A stretch of DNA of 64,000 bases from Negativicutes bacterium. GTDB taxonomy: Bacteria > Bacillota > Negativicutes > UBA1444. The stretch covers positions 96,001 through 160,000 of the forward strand of contig CAXXIN010000005.1 in assembly GCA_963665275.2 (NCBI GenBank). The letters are read 5' to 3'. Shown here one piece after another: positions 8,962 to 18,048 of the stretch; the first letter of the stretch is position 1, and each line of letters begins with the position of its first letter. Under the pieces are notes generated by a model. It was not told the origin of the DNA and ran no database searches. It saw only the letters and a list, made by a program, of their open reading frames with translations. A program made the position numbers and the translations under genes.

Positions 8962-10059
8962 CTATTTTTTATGGGGGTCAATGACAGCCTTCATCACTCG
9001 GTGGTGCTCGACATCGTTGATAGCTTGGTTGACTTCATGCAATCCGTAGCGTCCGGACACGAATTTTTCCCAGGCGAAGCGGTCGTGGTGCTTCGCCATT
9101 ATTTGGATGGAACGGTAAAAGTGACTGAGATCGATGCCCCAGGTGCCTTTGATCGTCAGATGCTTCTTGTTGATATCAAGGTGCGGATTCATCGAAATAT
9201 CGCCGTTGTTGGTGTATTGCCCGACCACCACATAGGTTCCGGCGTCACGGGCCATCGCCATGCCTTCTTTGACGGCGGCGGGAAAGCCGGTGGCTTCGAT
9301 GACAACGTCGGCGCCACGGCCGGCTGTCATTTCTCTGACGGCGGCGATTCTTTCTTCCGGCGTTGTGCCGTCGATGTTGATGACGGCATCCACGCCGAAT
9401 TGCTGCGCCAGTTCAAGGCGATGCGCCGGTCCGCCGACGACGATGACTTTGACCGCTCCAGCCAGTTGAGCCAGAATGGCGGAATTCAGGCCAACAGGGC
9501 CGCTGCCCTGGACTACCACGGTATCTCCGAGACGTATAGCTGCCTGTTCGATGGCGTGATAGGCCGTGGGGAGACCGCAGCCGGCGCCGATGAAAGCTTC
9601 GGGCTTGACTGTCGGCGGCAATTTGACGACCTTGACACCGGGTTTCAAATAGATTTTTTCACTCCAACCGCCCAGGATTCCGTCCTGCAGTCCGTAAGTG
9701 ATGCCATATACTTTGCGACTGGGGCAGCGGGTCGAAGCTTTCGCGACCAGGCAAAACCAGCAGTCGTGGCAAGTTTCGTGTACGTCGAGGAACGTGACCA
9801 CATCGCCGATCTGCAACGGCTGGCCGTCGGCATCCTTAACTGTTCCGTTCGTTTTTTCAACCCGGCCTACGTTGATATGCCCGGGAATGATCGGATAAGG
9901 CACGCCGGCCAAGCGACCGTGATAAAGATGCACATCTGTTCCGCATACCTCGCTGTATAGAGTCTCCAAGAGGGCGGCGCCCGGCTCAAGTTCTGGTTCG
10001 GGCAGAATTTGAATTTGAAGCGGCGTTAAAGGTTTTTCCAAAATAGCGGCTCGAATCAT
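8962..10059 (-). CDS. Zinc-dependent MDR alcohol dehydrogenase
   Basis: Start reassigned to ATG 10059. 'VCGTDVH', GH(I) in place of GHE, structural Zn CxxCxxC..C, Rossmann 'GSGPVG'. Confidence 0.9.
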   Translation of the reverse strand: MIRAAILEKPLTPLQIQILPEPELEPGAALLETLYSEVCGTDVHLYHGRLAGVPYPIIPGHINVGRVEKTNGTVKDADGQPLQIGDVVTFLDVHETCHDCWFCLVAKASTRCPSRKVYGITYGLQDGILGGWSEKIYLKPGVKVVKLPPTVKPEAFIGAGCGLPTAYHAIEQAAIRLGDTVVVQGSGPVGLNSAILAQLAGAVKVIVVGGPAHRLELAQQFGVDAVINIDGTTPEERIAAVREMTAGRGADVVIEATGFPAAVKEGMAMARDAGTYVVVGQYTNNGDISMNPHLDINKKHLTIKGTWGIDLSHFYRSIQIMAKHHDRFAWEKFVSGRYGLHEVNQAINDVEHHRVMKAVIDPHKK

Positions 10060-10158
10060 TAATAACACACTCCTGTCTTCCATTTGCGTATTCAGAACTT
10101 CCCTATTCGAGAACGAAAATCCTGCCGGTGCCAAAATTTGAGAGGCTGGAAAAATGGA

Positions 10159-10199
10159 ATGATAAAAAATTCACTAATAAAATGAGAATTTTTTCACTA
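10159..10199. promoter_or_regulatory. Two tandem 18-bp Rex-like/UAS-like sites
   Basis: ATGATAAAAAATTCACTA (10159-10176) and ATGAGAATTTTTTCACTA (10182-10199), each a partial match to the Rex consensus TTGTGAA-N4-TTCACAA. Confidence 0.45.
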
Positions 10200-10238
10200 A
10201 TTGGTTGAATTTCGACTTTTATTGAAGTAAACTATGGT

Positions 10239-10253
10239 TGGCATAATAATTGC
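10239..10253 (+). promoter_or_regulatory. Sigma54 (-24/-12) promoter of hydrogenase operon
   Basis: TGGCATAATAATTGC matches TGGCAC-N5-TTGC with exact GG/GC spacing, 21 bp upstream of the GTG start. Confidence 0.75.
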
Positions 10254-10274
10254 GAATTTACAGGAGGGCTTGTC

Positions 10275-10763
10275 GTGAAAGCAACGGTTGATTTCAGGGA
10301 CATTGATGAAATTCTGGTCAAGTATCGCTATTCTCCCGGCAGTATCATCGCAATACTTCAGGACATCCAGGCCAAATACAGGTACATTCCCAAAGACGTA
10401 TTCCCATATCTTTCGGAAAAACTACATGTCAGCACCGCTAAGATCTACAGTGTGGCCACCTTTTATGAAAACTTTTCCCTCCAGCCCAAAGGAAAATACG
10501 TTATCCGGGTCTGTGACGGAACCGCCTGCCATGTGCGCAAGTCGATTCCGATGCTGGAGCGGCTGCGCAAAGAACTGGTTCTTTCTGAGACCAAGGTGAC
10601 GACGGACGACTTCCTGTTTACGGTTGAGACTGTTTCCTGTCTCGGCGCATGCGGTCTGGCGCCTGTACTTACGGTGAACGACAAGGTATACCCGGCGATG
10701 ACTCCGGGACAAGGCAAGCGAACTTCTGGCGAAGCTCAGGGAGGAATGCGGCGATGCTGTTAA
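10275..10763 (+). CDS. hydC: NuoE-like [2Fe-2S] subunit of bifurcating hydrogenase (C-terminus apparently frameshifted; corrected stop 10767)
   Basis: 'VATFY', 'VCDGTACHVR', 'CLGACGLAP' motifs. Confidence 0.88.
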   Translation: MKATVDFRDIDEILVKYRYSPGSIIAILQDIQAKYRYIPKDVFPYLSEKLHVSTAKIYSVATFYENFSLQPKGKYVIRVCDGTACHVRKSIPMLERLRKELVLSETKVTTDDFLFTVETVSCLGACGLAPVLTVNDKVYPAMTPGQGKRTSGEAQGGMRRCC

Positions 10764-12628
10764 ATAGAGAAGACCTGCAAAATGCAAGAGAACATTATAA
10801 AACCGCGCAGGAAGCGCAGCGAAAGAAGATTCTCGTCTGCGCCGGGACTGGCTGTGTAGCAGGCGGATCGCTCGAGATACACGCCGAACTGGTCAGGTTG
10901 ATTGAAGCCAGAGGACTTGCCTGCGCCGTTAGCCTGGAAAAAGAACCGCACGATGATTCGATCGGCGTGAAGAAAAGCGGTTGTCATGGATTTTGCGAGA
11001 TGGGGCCGCTGGTGCGAATCGAACCCAAGGGTTGGCTTTATATTAAAGTGAAGCTGGAAGACTGCGCGGAGATCATCGAGCAGTCGATCGTTGGCAATGC
11101 AGTCGTGGATCGTCTTACGTACAGGAAGAACGGCGAGCATTATCCGACGCAGGAAGAGATTCCTTTCTACAAAAAACAGACTCGCCTGGTTTTGGAACAT
11201 TGCGGGCATATCGACGCCACGTCGCTGCAGGAGTATCTCTCGATCGGCGGTTATAAGGCGTTCGAAAAAGCACTGTTCGACATGACCCAGGATGAGATAG
11301 TCAAAGTAATCGATGAGTCTAATCTGCGAGGGCGTGGCGGCGGAGGTTATCCGACTGGACGTAAATGGTCCCAGGTAAAGCGTCAGACATCCGAAGTCAA
11401 ATTCGTGGTCTGCAATGGTGACGAAGGGGATCCCGGCGCTTTTATGGACCGGAGTGTAATGGAAGGCGATCCCCACCGGATGCTGGAAGGAATGATGATC
11501 GCCGGCATTGCCTGCGGTGCGGCCTACGGCTATATTTATGTGCGGGCTGAATATCCGCTGGCTATCAGCCGGTTGGAGAGAGCTATTGAACAAAACCGGG
11601 AGTTTGGGCTGCTGGGCGACAATATCCTGGGCTCCGGTCGTTCTTTCGACATCAAGATCAGCAAAGGCGCCGGCGCTTTCGTTTGTGGTGAAGGCAGCGC
11701 GTTGACGACTTCCATCGAAGGCAAACGGGGCATGCCCCGCGTGAAGCCGCCGCGGACGGTGGAACAGGGGTTGTATGGCAAGCCGACAGTGCTGAACAAC
11801 GTCGAAACTTTTGCGAATGTGCCCTTGATTATCAACCGGGGCGCGGCTTGGTACAAGGCCATCGGACCGGAAAAAAGTCCGGGCACCAAGGCGTTTGCTC
11901 TTACGGGAAATATTGAGAATACAGGCCTGATCGAAGTTCCCATGGGAACTACCCTGCGCGAAGTCATTTTCGACATCGGTGGCGGGATCCGGGGAGGCGC
12001 CGGCTTCAAAGCGGTTCAGATCGGCGGTCCTTCCGGCGGATGTCTGACGCAGGAACATCTGGATTTGCCGTTGGATTTTGATTCCCTGAAGAAAGCAGGG
12101 GCGATGATCGGTTCCGGCGGCCTGGTCGTCATGGACGAACATACCTGCATGGTCGAAGTGGCGCGGTTCTTCATGAACTTCACCCAGAACGAGTCTTGCG
12201 GAAAATGTGTTCCCTGTCGCGAAGGCACCAAGCGGATGCTTCAGATTCTGGAACGGATCGTGGCAGGGCAGGGAGAAGAAGAAGACCTGGACATGTTGCT
12301 CGAATTGGCTGACACTATTTCTTCGACCGCCTTGTGCGGTCTCGGCAAGACGGCGCCTCTGCCAGTGATCAGCACCATCAAGTACTTCCGGGATGAGTAT
12401 GAAGCCCATGTGCGGGAAAAACGCTGCCCGGCCAAGAGTTGCCAGAAGTTGAAGAAAATCATCATCGATCCGGCGTTATGCCGCGGTTGTTCGAAGTGTG
12501 CCAGAGGGTGCCCGGTCGAAGCAATCTCTGGGAAGATTAAAGAACCGTTCGTAATCGACCAGGCCAAGTGCATCAAATGCGGCGCCTGTATAGAAACCTG
12601 CCCGTTCAAGGCGATAAGGGAGGACTGA
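10754..12628 (+). CDS. hydB: NuoF-like NADH/FMN-binding subunit
   Basis: ATG 10754 after GGAGG. 'LRGRGGGG', 'CNGDEGDPGAFMDR', 'SCGKCVPCREG', and two C-terminal 4Fe-4S motifs. Confidence 0.92.
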   Translation: MLLNREDLQNAREHYKTAQEAQRKKILVCAGTGCVAGGSLEIHAELVRLIEARGLACAVSLEKEPHDDSIGVKKSGCHGFCEMGPLVRIEPKGWLYIKVKLEDCAEIIEQSIVGNAVVDRLTYRKNGEHYPTQEEIPFYKKQTRLVLEHCGHIDATSLQEYLSIGGYKAFEKALFDMTQDEIVKVIDESNLRGRGGGGYPTGRKWSQVKRQTSEVKFVVCNGDEGDPGAFMDRSVMEGDPHRMLEGMMIAGIACGAAYGYIYVRAEYPLAISRLERAIEQNREFGLLGDNILGSGRSFDIKISKGAGAFVCGEGSALTTSIEGKRGMPRVKPPRTVEQGLYGKPTVLNNVETFANVPLIINRGAAWYKAIGPEKSPGTKAFALTGNIENTGLIEVPMGTTLREVIFDIGGGIRGGAGFKAVQIGGPSGGCLTQEHLDLPLDFDSLKKAGAMIGSGGLVVMDEHTCMVEVARFFMNFTQNESCGKCVPCREGTKRMLQILERIVAGQGEEEDLDMLLELADTISSTALCGLGKTAPLPVISTIKYFRDEYEAHVREKRCPAKSCQKLKKIIIDPALCRGCSKCARGCPVEAISGKIKEPFVIDQAKCIKCGACIETCPFKAIRED

Positions 12629-12632
12629 CACC

Positions 12633-14321
12633 GTGAGCACAGATTTTATGATGATTGACAATATGCCGGTGGAAATCGAGGGCGAGAAGAACATTCTTGC
12701 CGTCATTCGCAAAGCCGGTATCGACCTGCCCACCTTCTGTTATTACTCCGAACTTTCAGTGTACGGCGCCTGCCGCATGTGCGTGGTGGAAGACAAATCC
12801 GGCGAGATCCATGCCTCTTGCTCCACACCGCCCAAAGCCGGCATGGAGATTCGTACCAACACGCCGCGGCTCCGCAGATACCGCAAGATGATCCTCGAAC
12901 TGCTGCTGGCCAACCATTGCCGCGACTGCACGACCTGCGAGAAAAACGGGAAGTGTAAATTGCAGGAACTGGCCCAAAGATTCGGCATCAAGCAGGTTCG
13001 TTTCAACAATACAGCGGGAGAATCAGATCTGGACAACTCATCGCTCGCTATCGTCCGTGACAAGAGTAAGTGCATCCTCTGCGGCGACTGTGTGCGTATG
13101 TGCGAGGAAGTTCAAAATATCGGCGCTATTGATTTTGCGCATCGTGGCTCCAAAATGTGTATCAGCGCGGCGTTCGACGAGCCGATCAACGATACGAAAT
13201 GCATCGGCTGCGGCCAATGTGCGGCAGTCTGTCCGACTGGCGCGATCGTGGTCAGGAATGACACGTCGAAGCTCTGGAAAGATCTCAGCGATGCCAATGC
13301 CAAAGTGGTCGTCCAGATTGCACCGGCAGTGCGCGTCGGCGTCGGCAAGGAAATGGGCCTGGCCGAAGGTGAGAACGTGATGGGCAAGATCGTTGCGGCG
13401 CTGCGGCGAATCGGCTTCGATGAAGTCTTTGATACCACGACTGGCGCAGACCTGACGGTGCTGGAAGAGGCGGGAGAGTTTTTATCGAAGGTTCAGAAGG
13501 GCGAAAAACTACCGTTGTTCACATCGTGTTGCCCGGCATGGGTCAAGTATGCCGAACTGAATCATCCGGAACTGATGGAAAATATTTCGACCTGCCGTTC
13601 CCCGATGCAGATGTTCGGCGCCGTACTGAAAGAACATTACAGCCATTCACACAAACGGGTGGTTGTAGTAGCCATCATGCCGTGCACCGCCAAGAAGCAA
13701 GAGGCGGCGAGGGACGAATTCAAGGAAGAAGGGGTTCCCTATGTCGACTATGTCATCACGACGCAGGAACTCATCCAGATGATTAAAGAAGCCGGCATTG
13801 TATTTCCCGAGATCGATCCGGAAGCGGTCGACATGCCGTTCGGAGCAACCAGCGGCGCGGGAGTTATCTTTGGTGTAACCGGTGGCGTGACGGAGGCTGT
13901 GATCCGGCGTATTTCCGACGACAAATCAGCGCCCGCCCTGCGCGCTATTCCCTTCACAGGGGTTCGCGGTCTGCAGGGAGTCAAGGAAACCAGCATAGAT
14001 TATAACGGTCGGGAAGTGAAGATCGCGATTGTCAGCGGTATTAAAAACGCTGAAAACCTGATCAAAAAGATGCAACAGGGCGAAAAAACCTATGATTTTG
14101 TCGAAGTGATGGCTTGCCCCGGCGGCTGTATCTGTGGGGCAGGACAACCCGTCACCAATAGCGAGGGCAAAAAACGCCGAAGCGCAGGCCTTTATGAAAC
14201 CGACAGGATGAGCACGATCAAGCGGTCGGAGGAAAACCCAGTGATCATGGCGCTGTATGGCGGATTGCTCAAGGGCAAGGTGCATAAACTGCTTCACGTG
14301 CATTATCATGGAAAGGCGTGA
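12633..14321 (+). CDS. hydA: [FeFe]-hydrogenase catalytic subunit (group A, trimeric type)
   Basis: H-cluster motifs TSCCPAW, MPCTAKKQE and EVMACPGGCICGAGQ, with N-terminal 2Fe-2S, His-ligated 4Fe-4S and 2x4Fe-4S motifs. Confidence 0.95.
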   Translation: MSTDFMMIDNMPVEIEGEKNILAVIRKAGIDLPTFCYYSELSVYGACRMCVVEDKSGEIHASCSTPPKAGMEIRTNTPRLRRYRKMILELLLANHCRDCTTCEKNGKCKLQELAQRFGIKQVRFNNTAGESDLDNSSLAIVRDKSKCILCGDCVRMCEEVQNIGAIDFAHRGSKMCISAAFDEPINDTKCIGCGQCAAVCPTGAIVVRNDTSKLWKDLSDANAKVVVQIAPAVRVGVGKEMGLAEGENVMGKIVAALRRIGFDEVFDTTTGADLTVLEEAGEFLSKVQKGEKLPLFTSCCPAWVKYAELNHPELMENISTCRSPMQMFGAVLKEHYSHSHKRVVVVAIMPCTAKKQEAARDEFKEEGVPYVDYVITTQELIQMIKEAGIVFPEIDPEAVDMPFGATSGAGVIFGVTGGVTEAVIRRISDDKSAPALRAIPFTGVRGLQGVKETSIDYNGREVKIAIVSGIKNAENLIKKMQQGEKTYDFVEVMACPGGCICGAGQPVTNSEGKKRRSAGLYETDRMSTIKRSEENPVIMALYGGLLKGKVHKLLHVHYHGKA

Positions 14322-14551
14322 ATAATATGATCGTAATTAATGTTTGTATTGGAAGTGCCTGCCATATCAAAGGCTCCTATAATGTGATTAACTCAATGCA
14401 GCAATTGACCGAGGAATACGGTTTATCAGACAAAGTGGATACACGGGCGGCTTTTTGTCTGGGGCATTGCACTCAGTCCGTATCGGTTCGGATCGGCGAC
14501 GGCGAGGTGCAGAGCGTGTCTGGGGCTAATGCACGCGAGTTTTTTCGTTAA
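14318..14551 (+). CDS. Thioredoxin-like [2Fe-2S] ferredoxin, HfsA-like (corrected stop probably 14576)
   Basis: 'VCIGSACHIKG' and 'FCLGHC' motifs. Confidence 0.8.
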   Translation: MNNMIVINVCIGSACHIKGSYNVINSMQQLTEEYGLSDKVDTRAAFCLGHCTQSVSVRIGDGEVQSVSGANAREFFR

Positions 14552-14608
14552 TCAGGTTTTGCCGCTAGTGAAATAAACTATCGTAGAACGTTGTGCGGAG
14601 GGGTACAT

Positions 14609-14857
14609 GTGAAAACGGTGAAGTTGGAAATCTGCAGGGGAATCTCCTGCCATTTGCTAGGGTCGCAGGATCTGATTGAAGCGGTGGAGTCCTTGCCGGT
14701 TGACCAGCGCGAGCAGATCGATCTAGGGACCATCGATTGCCTGAAAAATTGCCGGCAGGGGCCGAATGTCCGGATTGATGGGACCGTTTTTTCTGAAATG
14801 TCTTCAGAGCAGCTACTGTCCTTGCTGGAAGATAAAAAATTATCGGCGGAAGACTAA
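14609..14857 (+). CDS. Thioredoxin-like [2Fe-2S] ferredoxin
   Basis: GTG start after GGAGG. 'ICRGISCHLLG' and 'CLKNCRQGPNVRIDG'. Confidence 0.8.
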   Translation: MKTVKLEICRGISCHLLGSQDLIEAVESLPVDQREQIDLGTIDCLKNCRQGPNVRIDGTVFSEMSSEQLLSLLEDKKLSAED

Positions 14858-14899
14858 AAATAACGGATGTAACGGATGTTTTGTTTATCAAATTAACTC

Positions 14900-14951
14900 A
14901 AAAAGGCAAGGCTGCCGGAAAATTCGCATATCCGGAAGCCTTGCCTTTTTC
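14900..14951. terminator. Bidirectional intrinsic terminator
   Basis: AAAAAGGCAAGGCT.CCGGA-loop-TCCGG.AGCCTTGCCTTTTT between convergent genes. Confidence 0.75.
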
Positions 14952-14978
14952 TTCATTATCGTACAGAGACAACATTGG

Positions 14979-15518
14979 TTACTTTGTAAGTAATACAAGC
15001 GAGAGAACGAGGATTTCAATCTGTCGTAGTTCATGATCGTGGCGTTGTTGTTCGACCCATTGGCGGTGGCGCCATTCCCATTCGTCTTCATGCGCGAGGC
15101 GCCGCATCTCCTGTTCGTGTCGTTGATGCTCCCACCACCGGCGCTGTCTGATATCTTCCCTTTGACGTTGGAGACGTTGTTCTTCCATCCATTGACGATG
15201 ACGCCATTCGCGCTCGCTTTCAAACATCGACCGCCTCAGGGCCATTTCGTGTCGTTGTTCGTCGACATGGCGCCAATGGCTTAGATCCCGATCCTGCAGT
15301 TCACGTCGTTCCTGCCATTCACGTCCTAGTCGGAGTTTTTCATTGTGCCGGTATTCCTGTGACCGAGGATGATTCGAGTGCCGGGTCTCCCGCACTTCTT
15401 CATGTTGTCGTCTCTGATCTTCTCGAGCTGCGGCCTCGGCGACTAAAGCGCCGCCGCCGAACTGAAGGAGACCAATCAGAACGGAACAAACAATTTTTTG
15501 TGGTGTGTTGGTTTTCAC
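14979..15518 (-). CDS. Secreted R/E/H/W-rich repetitive hypothetical protein
   Basis: GTG start after GGAGG, signal peptide ending 'AEA', two 'QRHE..RR...E.E.EWRHRQW.E.QR' repeats, hydrophobic C-terminal tail. Confidence 0.7.
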   Translation of the reverse strand: MKTNTPQKIVCSVLIGLLQFGGGALVAEAAAREDQRRQHEEVRETRHSNHPRSQEYRHNEKLRLGREWQERRELQDRDLSHWRHVDEQRHEMALRRSMFESEREWRHRQWMEEQRLQRQREDIRQRRWWEHQRHEQEMRRLAHEDEWEWRHRQWVEQQRHDHELRQIEILVLSLVLLTK

Positions 15519-15607
15519 ACAGCAACCCTCCGTTTTCAAATCTTCCCCTGTTGAAGCGTCACGGCAATGGATGGAGCGTTATCTGTTTTGATTATACGGG
15601 AGAAACT

Positions 15608-15643
15608 TTACGAAATTATGTCGAATTTGTGACGAATTTGTGA
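15608..15643. promoter_or_regulatory. Tandem 11-bp-period direct repeats (regulator binding sites)
   Basis: TTACGAA (15608), TGTCGAA (15619) and TGACGAA (15630) at an exact 11-bp period in a divergent promoter region. Confidence 0.5.
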
Positions 15644-15703
15644 AAAATATAGTAGAATAAAAACTAGATGTGTTAAAAAAGGTGCGAGGGGCGAGGCGGC
15701 CAG

Positions 15704-16927
15704 GTGCAACAATTGTTTGACAAATATCGGGAAAGGGAATATCTTCTCTTGCTTACGCTTGTTGCGTTATCCCTTTATCGGACGGCGGGACATGCCTTCT
15801 GGCTTGTATTCTCCGGCCGTGGCCTGCCGCAGACGCCGGATAGCCAATGGTATATCAACTATGCATACGGATTGTTGGAAAACTTTTCGATCGGTCTGCA
15901 TATCGACGAAGTGTTGTACTTGGGATATAATCTGCTGTTGACCCTGCTCTTGGCCTTGTTTAAAACTCCAACGGCGGTTGTCCTGCTTCAGTCGGTTGTT
16001 GCCAGTCTGGCGATCATCTTGGTGTACAAGATTGCCGGTATATTGTTTAACAGAACTACAGCTGTTCTGTCCGGCCTTTTTTATTTGTACATCTGGGACA
16101 TTACTTTCTGGTCGGTCCATGTTCTGACGGATAGCTTCTTTGTCAGCCTGATGCTGTTGTGCGTTTATCTGTTGCTTCGGGCTTTGGAGCCCAAGCAAAC
16201 GCTGTTCAGGATGTGTTTGGCCGCGACCTCTCTCTATCTGTGCTTTTTTCGTCCAACAGGGGTGCTGGTTATGGGGATGTTACTTCTATACAGCGTAAGT
16301 CGAATCGACACTAGCCGAATGGCAGGCATTTTGCGACGGCATCGGCGAATGTTGGGTAGTTTTCTGGCTGCGATGCTTTGCGTGACAGGGTATCTATACG
16401 CCTGCGGAAAACTGGATCCATTGATCTGCTCTTTTCAATACAATGTGAAACTGGTATTGTATAATGTATATGCCAAAGGGTGGATTTATGATAAATCCAC
16501 GGCATACGACTATACCTTTCGACCTGATTATACGATTGATATATATGACAGTTTAATTTTGAGTTTCATCGTGAATAATTGGGAATCCGTCAGTGTGCTT
16601 TATTTTCGCCGGGCCGTCGCCTTTCTCGGTACCTGGGCCTGGGAGACGAACATTCGTAATTTGGGCGATGCCTTATACTATGGTTTCAAATTGCTGCCGT
16701 TAGGGATATTTATCGTTGGTACCGTTGCCGCAATTCGCAACGGGAAATTCGCGCAGGCGTCCATACTGTGGTTGATCATACTGGCTGTGTTTTTGTTCTG
16801 TGTTTTGTTGTTTATTGACGCGATGTATCGATACCGCTTCCCTGCGATGCCGTTTATGTGTATCGTGATTGCCTATGGGGCTGACAGAATCATATCAGGG
16901 GGACGATTGCTTGCAAAGAACGGCTGA
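15704..16927 (+). CDS. GT-C fold membrane glycosyltransferase (ArnT/PMT-like)
   Basis: First-loop 'PDSQWY', 'TDS', 'RP' and C-terminal 'RYRFP' motifs, with many TM segments. Confidence 0.75.
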   Translation: MQQLFDKYREREYLLLLTLVALSLYRTAGHAFWLVFSGRGLPQTPDSQWYINYAYGLLENFSIGLHIDEVLYLGYNLLLTLLLALFKTPTAVVLLQSVVASLAIILVYKIAGILFNRTTAVLSGLFYLYIWDITFWSVHVLTDSFFVSLMLLCVYLLLRALEPKQTLFRMCLAATSLYLCFFRPTGVLVMGMLLLYSVSRIDTSRMAGILRRHRRMLGSFLAAMLCVTGYLYACGKLDPLICSFQYNVKLVLYNVYAKGWIYDKSTAYDYTFRPDYTIDIYDSLILSFIVNNWESVSVLYFRRAVAFLGTWAWETNIRNLGDALYYGFKLLPLGIFIVGTVAAIRNGKFAQASILWLIILAVFLFCVLLFIDAMYRYRFPAMPFMCIVIAYGADRIISGGRLLAKNG

Positions 16928-17648
16928 ATATGGGACTCCGCGGGAACGGTCCTCGACATTGGCGGTTATTCCGGCCTATAATGAACAGCACAATATCATG
17001 CAAGTGATTCAGGAAATACAGGTGGTTTCACCGGCTGTGGATATCCTGGTCGTGAATGACTGTTCGACCGACGCCACTTCGATGCAGGCACGGGGTGCGG
17101 CGGGAGTAAAAGTTGTTGATCTTCCCTGCAACCTGGGGATCGGCGGGGCGATGCAGACGGGTTTTAAATATGCACTGGCGGCAGAATACGACTATGTGGT
17201 TCAGATAGACGGCGATGGCCAACATGTGCCACGGGAGGTAGCCAAGCTGAAGCAAGCCATGAAAGAAAGTGGCTGCGACATGGCGATCGGTTCCCGTTTC
17301 CTGGATGTGGAATCCTTCCGTACCACCTGGTGCCGAAGGGTGGGAATCAAATTATTTTATCTATTGTTCCGTGCGTTGGTCCATGCCCGGATCACAGACA
17401 GCACCTCGGGCTTTCGGCTCTACAACCGCAAAAGTCTGGTTTTGCTGTCCCAGTATTATTCCAGCGACTATCCCGAACCGGATGCCATCGTTCTTTTAAA
17501 AAAACATGGACTCAAGATCTGCGAGGTTGGCGTTGAAATGCGGGCGCGTGAAAATGGCATTTCTTCCATCACCCCGCTCAAAAGTCCTTATTACATGTCC
17601 AAGGTCATCCTGACGATACTGGTTTCATGCGCCAGACCGAGGCGGTGA
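16911..17648 (+). CDS. GT2 polyprenol-phosphate glycosyltransferase (DPM synthase/GacI-like)
   Basis: TTG start. 'IPAYNE', 'VNDCSTD', 'DGDGQH', 'GSRF', 'DSTSGFR' motifs. Confidence 0.9.
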   Translation: MQRTAEYGTPRERSSTLAVIPAYNEQHNIMQVIQEIQVVSPAVDILVVNDCSTDATSMQARGAAGVKVVDLPCNLGIGGAMQTGFKYALAAEYDYVVQIDGDGQHVPREVAKLKQAMKESGCDMAIGSRFLDVESFRTTWCRRVGIKLFYLLFRALVHARITDSTSGFRLYNRKSLVLLSQYYSSDYPEPDAIVLLKKHGLKICEVGVEMRARENGISSITPLKSPYYMSKVILTILVSCARPRR

Positions 17649-17655
17649 AGCGACG

Positions 17656-18048
17656 ATGCCATTTGGACACTTTGAAAAAATTCAGTGGCTGGGGATCGTC
17701 TTTAGCCTGATTATCATATTGTCAGTGATTTTTCTGGTTCGTGAACGGCTGCTCAAAGAGAAGTACTCCCTGATTTGGCTCTTGATCGGACTTTTCGTTT
17801 TGGTGGTTTCGCTATTCAGGGGGCTGTTGGAGGGCTTTTCCGATTTTATTGGCGTCTATTATCCGCCCTCGGCCTTTTTTTCGCTGTTGATTGCCGGCGC
17901 CTACCTGCTATTGCTGAATATGAGCGTAAGCATCTCAAATTTAAAGGCTAAGAATAAAGCAGTCGCGCAGGAGTTCGGCCTGCTCAAACTTCGGCTGGAA
18001 GAATTGGAAAAAGAAATGGCCAAATCCGACAAGGGGAATTCGCAATGA
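17656..18048 (+). CDS. DUF2304 membrane protein (GacJ-like)
   Basis: 'LKEKYSLIW', 'G.YYPP', three TM segments and a C-terminal coiled coil, directly after the GT2. Confidence 0.85.
   Translation: MPFGHFEKIQWLGIVFSLIIILSVIFLVRERLLKEKYSLIWLLIGLFVLVVSLFRGLLEGFSDFIGVYYPPSAFFSLLIAGAYLLLLNMSVSISNLKAKNKAVAQEFGLLKLRLEELEKEMAKSDKGNSQ

Noticed and set aside
10760-12409. 549-aa antisense ORF, and similar long antisense ORFs (8971-9960, 38162-39133, 42436-43314)
   Set aside because: They lie opposite well-supported genes and show no motifs. They are shadows of codon bias.
14861-14879. Tandem 9-mer TAACGGATG x2
   Set aside because: Only two copies in a 3' intergenic region, with no spacers and no functional context.
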